DNA of 64,000 nt from Hyaloraphidium curvatum SAG 235-1. Its lineage: Eukaryota > Fungi > Monoblepharomycota. The position numbers and the translations under genes are program-made. Of this stretch, positions 1 to 9,400 are shown one piece after another (the first letter of the stretch is position 1; the number at the start of each line of letters is the position of its first letter). The stretch is taken from contig JAIVFI010000003.1 of assembly GCA_025558095.1 (NCBI GenBank), forward strand, positions 868,001 through 932,000. Reading direction: 5' to 3'. The notes beneath the pieces are model-generated. The model ran no database searches. It was given only the letters and a program-made list of their open reading frames with translations, and was not told where the DNA came from.

Positions 1-1284
1 GCCTGCTCCTCGAGCTCCACCGCCGCGGCCTTCTTCCCGCGCGCGAGGTCGGCCGCCGAGGGCCCCTTGCCCGCGGCCTTGATGGCCGCCACGGCGCCCT
101 CGACCGCCCCCCGCACCGCGGCGGCGTCGTCGGCGACGACCGAGATGCCAAACAGCCCCGTGTCGGAGTAGCTCGCGCTCACGGCCTCGACCGTGACGCC
201 CTTGCCCGACAGCTTCGCGAACGGCGCGGCGGCCGACCCCGACGGCACGGCGTACTTGACCCTCGGCGCGCCCGAGCCCAGGATGCCCTTGAGCACCAGC
301 GCCGCTGCGTGGTCGGCGGTGCCGAACGGCACGCCCTCGGTGGCGACGACGTAGCGCGACGGCCCGGGGGCCTCGATGCGGGCTTCGCCGCCGTGGTAGC
401 TCGATGCGGCCTGCGCGGGCGCGCCCGAGCCGAGGTCCGCCCCGCGGAGCACGGCGTCGACCAGCGAGACGAGGTCCTCGTGGTCCACGCCGGCGCCGAC
501 GACGGCGAGGTTCTCGGGGCCGGCGGTCTTGGCGAGGTACTCGAGCACCTTGGTGCGCGTGATCTTCTTTGCGCTCTCGGGGGCGGCGAACAGCGAGTTG
601 CCCAGGCCGCCGCGGAAGGCGGTGCGGTGCAGCGCGTCGGCGACCACCGTGGCGGGGTCCGCGAGGGCGGCCTGGGTCTCGGCGGCCACGTCCGCGGCCA
701 CGTCGGCGAACTGGTGGCGCACCATCAGGTTGGCGAGCACCTGCGAGAGCAGGTTCGGGACCACGTCGACGCTGTGCACAACAAGCGGGTGAGCGGGATC
801 GCGGGGGCGGGGGGCGGGGCGACGCACAGGTTGTCGCGGAGGAAGTCTGTGCCGACGACGATGTACTCGCGGGTCAGGGCGGCGTACGGGTAGTTGCCCA
901 TGAGCTCGGCCTCGCGGGCCTGGCGCAGCGCGGTGCCCTCTGCGGTGTCCTGCGCGAGCATTGCAGGGAGGCGTCAAATTGGGAGCGAGGCGCGCGGATG
1001 GCCCCGCCCACCTTGAAGGTGTAGTCCTTCAGGAAGTGCGACACGCCGGGCGCATCCTTCGGCTCGAAGCGCGAGCCGGCCTTGAGCACCACGGCGACCG
1101 AGCTGGATGGGCCGGGCAGGTCGAGCGTGGCGACGGTGACGCCGCCGGCCTTGGAGACGGCCTTGGGCGCGGCGGCGGCGGCGGCGGGCTGCGCGCGCTT
1201 GATGTTGACCACCAGCGGCGAGCGGGAGGAGGGCAGCACCGCGTAGCCGCGCTTTGCGACCAATTGGGCCGCGTGCCGCTGCAT
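1..1284 (-). CDS. QCR2: Mitochondrial cytochrome bc1 complex core subunit 2 (M16/MPP-like family), 3' end runs off the window, 2 introns visible
   Basis: Presequence-like N-terminus MQRHAAQLVAKRGYA; VAVVLKAGSRFEPKDAPGVSHFLKDYTFK; LMGNYPYAALTREYIVVGTDFLRDNL; DALHRTAFRGGLGNSLFA; ASYSDTGLFGI. No HxxEH motif, as expected for QCR2. Confidence 0.88.
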
Positions 1285-1631
1285 CGTCGCGGATGGGAAG
1301 GAGGTGGCGCACAGAGCAGGAGGAGGGTTAGGAGAAAACGCTATGTATGCGGGAGGGCCGCGGCAGGGCCGCGGGCGCCAAGGTTAGAGCCCAACTAGGG
1401 AAAATCGCGCGAAACAAGCTCCGCTCGACCCCCGAATCCAACGGGTTTCCGGGCCCGCCACGGCGTCCGCACTGCGTGGGGTGGGCTACCGCGGTGCAGC
1501 TTAGCTCGCGGAGTGGCCGGCCGGGGTCCGTCAGCGGGATCCGCAGCGTGCGCGCCCGCATGCCGCGGCCGCGTGACAGGCGCATGCATTGCGGCGCGCG
1601 GGTCGGCACGCACACCGGCAACGGCGCCGCC

Positions 1632-3089
1632 ATGCGCGGGGCGTGCGTCGGCGGTGCGCGGGAGGGCGGCAGGCGCGACAGGGCGCCGCGCGGGGCCGCC
1701 GGACGCACCGCGCTGCCGCCGCCGGCGGGGCTCCGAACGCTGCTGCTGCTCGCCCTGCTGGCCGCCGGCGGCCGCTCCTCCACCGTTCCGACCCTTCTCC
1801 ACGAGAGCCCGCGGCACGCGGCCCCGAGTGCCGCCCAGCCCGCCCCGCGCGGACCCCGGTCGCCCCCCGCTTGGCCGGACGCGCAGGCGGAGCCGCCCCT
1901 CCCTCCACCGCCGCCGGCCTGCGCGACCCGCTTCCGCACCGCGTCGGCGCACCTCGCCGCATACGCGCCCCCCGCGGACCCGCCGTTCGACACCCCTTCG
2001 TTCCCAGACCCGAGGGACGTCGTGGCTGCCTCCCGCGCCTCGCGCCAGCCCCCGCTGACAGTCTCGCCCGCCCTCTTCGGCTACTGCATGGAACCGGGCC
2101 TGCCGGTGTGGGGCTCGCTGGTGAGCTTCCTGGGCGCCGCGGACGGCTGCCGCCCGCTCCCCCTGCGCGCCGAACCGGGTCCGCCGCGGATCGCCGTCCT
2201 TGGGAGGGGCAACTGCTCGTTCGCGGCCAAAGCGTCCAGGTGCGCCGCGGCGGGGTACGGCGGCATGCTGGTGTTGGACCGCGGGCCGGCGGCGGACGGC
2301 AGGGAGGGGTACCTGTTCATGGACACGGACGGCCGCGGTGTGCCGGACCCGGGGATCGCGGCGGCGCTCGCGCAGGACGACGCCGCGGAGCGGATCGAGG
2401 AGCAGCTCATGCTGGCAGCGGCGACGGAGACGGAGCTGGCCGTCGTCTTCTTCCTGGACCCGCACAACCCTCCACGCCAGACTCGCCGCCCGGAATCCCC
2501 CTGGCCACCCTCTGACAACCCTCCCCCCCCGCGAGACCGCTCCTTCCCCCCCTCCGACACCTTCTGGCCCCCCTCTCACCCACCCCGCCGGCGCTCCCCC
2601 CCTTTCGCCCTCGCCTCGGCCCTCCTCCCCCTCGTCACCCTCCTCTCCGCCTTCACCTCCCTCCTCTCCCTCGCCCTCCTCCTGCTCGCCGCCGCCCGCA
2701 CGTACCGCCGCACGGGGACCCTCGACGCCGACGCCCTCATCGAGGAGTTCGAATCCGCCGCCTCCCGCGCCCTCCGCGGCCCCGCGATGCGCGGCATGTC
2801 CGGCCTCCACCGGCTCCCGCTCCGCCCGCACCCGGGCGGCGACTCCGGCGCCGAGGGATGCCCCATCTGCCTGGACGACTACCCCCCCTCTTCCCTCGTC
2901 CGCGAGCTCCCCTGCGGCCACTTTTTCCACGCCGCGTGCGTCGACCCGTGGCTCGCGGAGCGCAACGGCGTGTGCCCGTGCTGCAAGGCCGACGTGGAGG
3001 GGATGCTCGAGGCCCACGGGAGGGGGCTGGGGTGGAGGGGGAAGGTGGGGGGATGGTGGAGGGAGGTCAGGAGGACGTGGACGGTTTGA
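1632..3089 (+). CDS. PA-domain / transmembrane / RING-H2 E3 ubiquitin ligase (RNF13/GRAIL/RMR-like); start codon uncertain
   Basis: Hydrophobic signal LLLLALLAAGG; PA motif IAVLGRGNCSFAAKA; TM helix; RING-H2 CPICLDDY..VRELPCGHFFHAACVDPWL..CPCCK. Confidence 0.85.
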   Translation: MRGACVGGAREGGRRDRAPRGAAGRTALPPPAGLRTLLLLALLAAGGRSSTVPTLLHESPRHAAPSAAQPAPRGPRSPPAWPDAQAEPPLPPPPPACATRFRTASAHLAAYAPPADPPFDTPSFPDPRDVVAASRASRQPPLTVSPALFGYCMEPGLPVWGSLVSFLGAADGCRPLPLRAEPGPPRIAVLGRGNCSFAAKASRCAAAGYGGMLVLDRGPAADGREGYLFMDTDGRGVPDPGIAAALAQDDAAERIEEQLMLAAATETELAVVFFLDPHNPPRQTRRPESPWPPSDNPPPPRDRSFPPSDTFWPPSHPPRRRSPPFALASALLPLVTLLSAFTSLLSLALLLLAAARTYRRTGTLDADALIEEFESAASRALRGPAMRGMSGLHRLPLRPHPGGDSGAEGCPICLDDYPPSSLVRELPCGHFFHAACVDPWLAERNGVCPCCKADVEGMLEAHGRGLGWRGKVGGWWREVRRTWTV

Positions 3090-3165
3090 CGTGATGGGGG
3101 GTCTGCGTCGCGCTTCGCAAGCTTCGTCGATTGGCACTCTAGCATACATTCGATACCACGCGCCG

Positions 3166-4161
3166 TCAATCGCCGTCCTGTGGTGCCGGTGCCGGTGCAG
3201 CGACCGGACGAGCGGGTCGGGATTTCGCCCTGGGTCGCCGCGCGTGCGGGGGGGCGTCGCCGTCCGGGCCGCTTTTCGCAATCCGCGGGGCCGTCGCGTC
3301 GGAATCTCCGCCGTGCACGGCCTCCCCTGCATCCTCGGTCCGCGGATCGGAGGAGTCAGTCGGTGACGGCGCGCCCGCCTCGTCCGCGGCCGGCCTCTCC
3401 GCCGGCTCCACACCCGAAGCTCCTCCCACGCCGGTCTTCCGCGGCGGCGCATTTTTCGGTCCCGGGCCGATCCGTCCTTTGGGGGCGGCAGATCGCAACG
3501 GCGCGGCGGGAGGCGGTATCCGTGGCTTCGGCTCCGGCGATGCCGGTTCGGCGTCCGCGTCTTTCGCGTCCGCCGCGGATTCCGCGCCACCGCCGTCCGC
3601 AGCTTTCGCAACCCCGTCCGCGCGGCCGGAAACTCCATCCTCCGAAGATCCGGGATCGTCCCTCGTCGCGTCCGGATCCGGAAACGCCTCCGCGTCCGCA
3701 CCGTCCCCCTCCTCACCATCCCCCGGCCCAGCCCTCAGCCTCTCGCTCCACCCCGGCCCCACCTTATCCCCCCACCCTTCCCCACCGTCCCCCGTCCAAC
3801 CCGCCCTCACATGCCCGTGCAGCGCCCCCGTCGGCATCCCCGCGCCCCCTTCCACCCCGCCCCCCGCGCCCACGTTCCTCAACCGCTCCGCTATGTCCCT
3901 CTCCAGCTCCCCGGGGTCGAACTGCGGCACGAACATCCCCGGCCCGCCGTCGTTGCCCGACGGCGGCCGCGCTTTCCGCAGCAAGGCGTCGATCCTGTCC
4001 CTCTCCGCGCGCTCCTCCCGGGATTCGAGGCGGCCCGAGGGCAGCCTGCGCCGGGGGAGCCGCCGCGGGGGGGTGAGGATGTACAGGACGAGGAGGAGGA
4101 TGAGGCATAGGAGGAGGGGCTGCAGGCGGCGGCGGAGGGCGAGGGGGAGGTCCTTGGGCAT
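3166..4161 (-). CDS. Hypothetical type II membrane protein with low-complexity luminal region
   Basis: 331-aa ORF with an N-terminal TM (LLLCLILLLVLYIL) flanked by basic residues, followed by an acidic/Pro/Ala-rich tail. Confidence 0.5.
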   Translation of the reverse strand: MPKDLPLALRRRLQPLLLCLILLLVLYILTPPRRLPRRRLPSGRLESREERAERDRIDALLRKARPPSGNDGGPGMFVPQFDPGELERDIAERLRNVGAGGGVEGGAGMPTGALHGHVRAGWTGDGGEGWGDKVGPGWSERLRAGPGDGEEGDGADAEAFPDPDATRDDPGSSEDGVSGRADGVAKAADGGGAESAADAKDADAEPASPEPKPRIPPPAAPLRSAAPKGRIGPGPKNAPPRKTGVGGASGVEPAERPAADEAGAPSPTDSSDPRTEDAGEAVHGGDSDATAPRIAKSGPDGDAPPHARRPRAKSRPARPVAAPAPAPQDGD

Positions 4162-4443
4162 CGCGGGACCGAGGTTGCGGGGAAGGAGCGGGAGACGCGG
4201 GGGGCAGCCGCCCGGCGGGGATCCGCGAGAAGAGATATCAGGGAATCAAAATCGCGCTTCCATTTCGGAGATTCGCGGCCGCGGAGGGCCGCAGCGGTCG
4301 GAGTGTCTTGCGGGAGCGGACGCGGAGCGATCACGCGACGCGGGAAACGTTCTGCCGGCAGCCAGCACGGAGGACGCCTTGCCGCCTTTGGTGGCATTCC
4401 GGACATTGTCTGCTTTCTGCCAGCCGCCGTGCCGCCCTTCCCC

Positions 4444-4924
4444 ATGGCGGACGGCAAGCCCGCCGACAAGGCAAAGGACGCCGACCGCGCCGCGCACCTC
4501 AACATCTTCTCGGACGACGGCTCGTTCCTGGAGCGCTTCAAGCTGCTCAAGGGCGAGGAGGACGCGAAGAAGAAGAACGAGGCGTCGCTTAGGAGGTGGG
4601 CGGGCCGCCGGGGGGCGAGATCGAGTGTCGCTGACGGGCGTTCCACGCGTTTCTCCTTCTGTCCAGGAAACGGGATTGGGAAGAGGCGCTGGTGCGTGCT
4701 GGCTCCATCTCTCGACAGCGTTTTCTGACGCGATTCGCCCCACGGTTCCGCAGAAGAACCGCAAGAAGCGGGCCAAGAAGGCGGACGACGCCGACGGCCC
4801 TTCGGGCGGCACAAAGGCCGCGGACGGCGACACCAAGGCGGCGCCGTACGTCAAGATGGTCAGCGACGCCGAGAAGCTGGCGGCCAAGGAGGCGGGATCG
4901 GGGGTGCGGCCTCTAATGCGATGA
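4444..4924 (+). CDS. TRIR/C19orf43-like small nuclear protein (3 exons)
   Basis: NIFSDDGSFLERFK motif near the N-terminus and C-terminal RPLMR, both typical of the family; two short GT-AG introns join the frames. Confidence 0.65.
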
Positions 4925-4947
4925 CGCCCGCGGGGCCACGCGCGGGG

Positions 4948-6258
4948 TCACTTTGGCGCCGGTGCGGCCGGCGCCGCAACCTGCGGGCCGCGCTTGACGA
5001 CGCCCTTGGCGGCCTGCTTTTCGACCTTCACCGGCGCGCTGTCGAGCCCGATGAAGGAGACGTTGCCGCCGTCGACGAGGGCCACCACCGTGCGGGCCTT
5101 GTCGCCCTCGCGGCGGCGGGAGAGGAGGCTGCGGACGTCGCGCAGCGAGAGCGCGCCCGACGATGGTCTGCTTGGAGGGGTCGGTCAACGGAGGGGCGGA
5201 CGGAGGGGCCGGAGGATACCCACTTGACGACGGCGACGTGGTAGTCCGGCGGGCCGGGGTCCTTCCGGCGGAAGGGCGTGCTGGGTTTGTACACGTCGAA
5301 GGTTGGCAACATGGCCGGGGGTTCGGAATCTTGCCCCGAAGGGGGATCGCCCGTGAACCGCGGGACGATCTGCAGCTGCGGATACACGCTCTGCGGCGCT
5401 GTTCCAAAGTCAGCATCCCCGGCTGCGGCAGCAGAAGATTCGCCGGCGCTTACTTCGCGGCCGGAAGAAGCTCCCCAAAAGAGTCGTCAGCCTCCCGTAC
5501 AGCCATGTCCACAGCTTCCAGGCGCGCGCGACTACATCAATCCAATGCCGCCTCAGAATGAGTCCGTTGCTCTGGTCCGCCCGCGCCGCGGAAGCGGGCA
5601 CCAACGCGCCCTCCGATCGCGGCTGATGCCGCCTGACGACGTACCCCAGCCTCTTGAGGTACCCGTAGACCGCAAACTCCTCCAGCGTCAGCCTCTTCTC
5701 CCCCCCCTCCCCCCCCTTTCCCCCAAACACGATCGAATACGCCTGCTGCATCGACACCGGCGCGCCCCCGGACGTGAGCACCAGCGCGTTCTGCTCCATC
5801 AGGTACAGCGTCTCCTCGGGGAGCAGCATCGTCACCGGGCCCGCCGAGGTGCCGGCCGACTTGAGGTGGTTGCCCCGGGGTTCCGAGACGGAGGAGACGC
5901 CGTACGGGGTTTCGAGCTTGGCGTGCATGGCCTGCTTGCTGTACGGATCGCGGCGGGGCGTTGGTACGTTGGGTTCCCGAGGGTGGAGAGGCAGGTGCTC
6001 ACGCGGAAACGACCCGATCCTCCTCCAGCACGAGCTTCAAACTCCGCAGCGACGTCTCCAGCGCGTCGCCCTCCGTTTGGACCTCCTCCACGGCGTCGGC
6101 GGCGGTCCCGCGGAGGAGGTTGCTCGGATCCCTGAGCCGAGCGTGAGTGGGACGTGTTGGGGCGTGTAAGCCCAGGCCCACCGCGATTTGTTGGTAAAGA
6201 GCACCGAGTAGTCGACGGCCAGGTCATCTTCGTCCTCGGATTCCTGGGGTTTCGCCAT
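4948..6258 (-). CDS. SEN54: tRNA-splicing endonuclease subunit Sen54 (multi-exon)
   Basis: LLPEETLYLME, SMQQAYS, FAVYGYLKRLGYVVRR, FDVYKPSTPFRRKDPGPPDYHVAVV, VVALVDGGNVSFIGL; ATG 6258, TGA 4948-4950. Confidence 0.88.
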
Positions 6259-6287
6259 CTTTGCGAACGTCGAGGTCGTTAACAATA

Positions 6288-6409
6288 CAACAAAGAAAGG
6301 AGACTAGGGAAATCCCTCGAGATACCCCGCATCCCCCGAAACCCTGAAGACAATAGCCCGGCAAACGGGCCCCAAGGCCTTTCGGCCACCTTACAAAACC
6401 CCCCATCCC
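6288..6409 (-). ncRNA. Candidate Fanzor omega-RNA scaffold (element right end)
   Basis: Directly downstream of the Fanzor stop and ending at the proposed element end. Minus-strand hairpins: GGCC-GAAA-GGCC (6376-6387, GNRA loop), GCCCG-UUUGC-CGGGC (6356-6370), AGGG-AUUU-CCCU (6306-6317). Position matches known TnpB/Fanzor omega-RNAs; exact boundaries inferred. Confidence 0.55.
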
Positions 6410-9400
6410 TCACTCGACCTCGACGCAGAAGCCGCGAGGCCGCCTCCCCCCCATCACGCACTCGTAAGCCAGGAGGTAGAACATGTTGAGGGACGCCGAA
6501 ACGTCCCGGTTCCACATCACGTGGCATAACCAGCACTCTGCGCGGCAAGATGCAGAAGGTTAGCTCGCGACTCTGGGCGGAAATGACGTGCGATGCCCAC
6601 TCTTGACCCCCCAGACGTACTTCCGCCTCTCGACAAAGCGCGACATGGCCATGGTCAGCTTCGTCTCCTGTGCGACAATGCGACGTGAGCAGGCGTCGCG
6701 CCCGAGAGAGCTCATCCCTTCCCCACCTTGCACGAATAGCACATCATGGAGGTGTGGTACTCCCGGACCGAGAACCACCAGAGGTACCGGATGAAGACGC
6801 CTCCGGCCCGGTCAACGCACCGAGGCGCGAGCGACAGGGCGCGGAAGGCGACGGAGAGCTGCGGCGGCGATCGCGATGAGAGGCGCCGCGGGAGACGCAT
6901 GCTCGCAGACGGCAACTCACGCGCATCAGAGGAGTGCTGGGGGTTCCTTTGACGTGGGGCCAAACGGCATCTCCCAGAGCGACAATCTGGGCCACGGCAA
7001 CCTTCACCACCACCTCCTTGACCGCCTCCCCTCCACCGTCCTTGTCGGGCGGCTTCTTCTTCCGCCGGAGCCTCGGCTCGTCGGCGATCTCCATGACCTG
7101 GACCCGGAACCGCTTGTCCGTCTTGGCCATCTCCTGGAGAGCCTCGGCGGCTTCGGCGGACACGCGCATGTAGAACGGTTCCGTGACCTCCTTGACCAGG
7201 TCCTGCAGGGCCGACTTGGCGTTCCGCGAAGTGCGCAGGTGCAGGTCCCTGTCGAGCGGGAAGCGGGATTGTGAGCGGAGCGGCGGTGCGTGGGCCAAGG
7301 CAGGTAGTTCACCTGAGGCGCGCCTGCTCGTAGAACTCTATAGAGAGAAAAGAAACGTGCTGTCAGACGACGGGTGGTGCGCAACGCGCGCGTGACTCGC
7401 CGGAAATCCACGGCCTCGAGTTGATGATGCACATGAGGCGGAGCATGAGCATGTCCGGATCCGTCGTCTTGGAAGTGGGGATGTTGGACTCGAAGAGCTT
7501 GAGCCCGATGTCCCGGATCTTGACGACGCGATCCCGCGGAGGAGGAGCTTCCACACCGGCCTGGGGCACGTCCGCGGACTCGGCATCCACGTCCATGCCC
7601 ATGGTCGATTTCTTGCCCTTGCCCCCCTTGCCGAGGCGCTCGGCCACCTCCACGGGAACGTAGGCGAACTGCAGGCGGCCGGCGGAGATCAGGGACACGG
7701 GAAAGAACAACGCGGCGATGGAGGCCAACCTTCATGACGTGCGCCTTCTTCCACTTCTCCGAGATCTTCTGGTACGTCACGAAGCCGGCGGCGCGGCGGT
7801 AGACGTCGAGCGGGATGGTGCAGACCGCGATGAAGGTGCCGTCGATGGTGTTCGGGAGGAGACCGAGCCCGCGGAAGAACTGCTGCTTGGTCGGCTCCTC
7901 GCCCGGCTTCTTCAGTCCCTCGTCGTTGACGTAGACGGGCTCGCAGTCGAAGTACGTCTTGGTGTAGTCCTTGAGCTTCTCGACCCTAACCCTCTCCTCC
8001 TCGGTCGCGTCCCGCAGCTTGGCGCGAGCCTGCTGCTCCTCGGTCGGCTTGCGGTGCTTCGGGAGCATCGACTTGTCGGGATTGCCGGGGTACCTCTCCG
8101 GCTTGTACCCCGCCATGGTGTCGGGGTGGGAGCCGAAGGGGAGCTTGGGCTTGGGGACCTCGGGCTTCTCGGGCCGCACGTTCCGGAACTGCGGCTGTCC
8201 GCCCTGGTCCCCGAGATCGAGCTCAAGACCGTAGCCGTCGGCGCGGGCCTTCATGCGCGCCACCATCTCCGAAGTCGCGAGCCGTTCTTTGCCGCTCACA
8301 TGCACGACCACCTCCCGGCCGCGGTGCGTCTTGGTCTCGCGCGAGACGTAGACGACCTTGGAGACGCCGTTCCTCTCGCAGTACAGGGTGGTCAGGCGAG
8401 GGTTGGGGTCTCGGACCTCGCCCGTCCGGTGGTCGATGACGACGTTCCTCTTGAGCATCGCCATCACCCCTTCATACTTGTCCTCGTTGAGTATGCGAAT
8501 CATGGTGGGGATCTCGCGCTGTCCGGCGTCGCCTCCGATCTTGTCCGGCTCGGCGAGTTTCGGGTAGTCGTTCAGCGCGTCGTTGAGGACCTCTGGAGGT
8601 TCAAGACGGATTAGAATAGGTAGAGTTGCGACCGAAACAAAACCTCACCGAGTCCCTCCTTGCACCTCTTCTTGTACGCCTCGTCCCGGAGCTTGAGCTT
8701 GTCGAGGTCGTTGGCGGCCTTGCGAGGTCCATCGAGCCATTTGCCGTCCGCATCCACCCGGTGCAGCGTTAGGTCCTTGAAGATGGGAACGGCGCACGTG
8801 GGGTCTGCGTACAGCCCCACGAACTCGCGCCGGACGCGGCCGCCTCCGTCAATCTCGTCCTGGAACTTGCTCATGTCGAACACGCTGCTGGAAAGGTGAC
8901 CAAAGTTGTGCACGAACAGGGTGGCCGCCGCGCTCTGATCGGCGTGGTTGATGGGGTTGACCTTGGCGCTGCAGAGCGACAAAGGTCAGCACGGGATCGG
9001 CGGCGATCAACAGCGTCGACATACCCCTTGAGGACCTGGAAGAGCGTCGACTTCGAGTAGTAGTGCATATGGGGGGAGATGCTGTACTCGGGGCCAAGCG
9101 GGTACTGCTTAGGGGGGCGCGGAGGAAGGCGAGGAAGCTTGGCGGGCTTCGGAGGTTCGGGAGGGGGCGTCTGCGCCGGCTTGGCGGGCTTGGCGGGCTT
9201 GCCGTCTTTGCCTGCCTTGCTGGCCTGGGGAGCCGGAGCCGGAAACGCCGGAGAGGAAGGAGGGGAAGGGGAAGGGGCGAAAGGAGCAGAGGATGAGGAA
9301 GAGGAGGAGGGAGAAGGAGGTCCTGCCGGGGCAGGGGCAGAGGCGATTGCAGCGCCGCCCGAGGGGCCGGCCGCCGCCGCAGCCGCCGTCTTGGCTGTCC

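Noticed and set aside
6410-8600. Bacterial TnpB/Cas12 contamination
   Set aside because: The nuclease motifs are interrupted by host-style spliceosomal introns and the locus is contiguous with eukaryotic genes.
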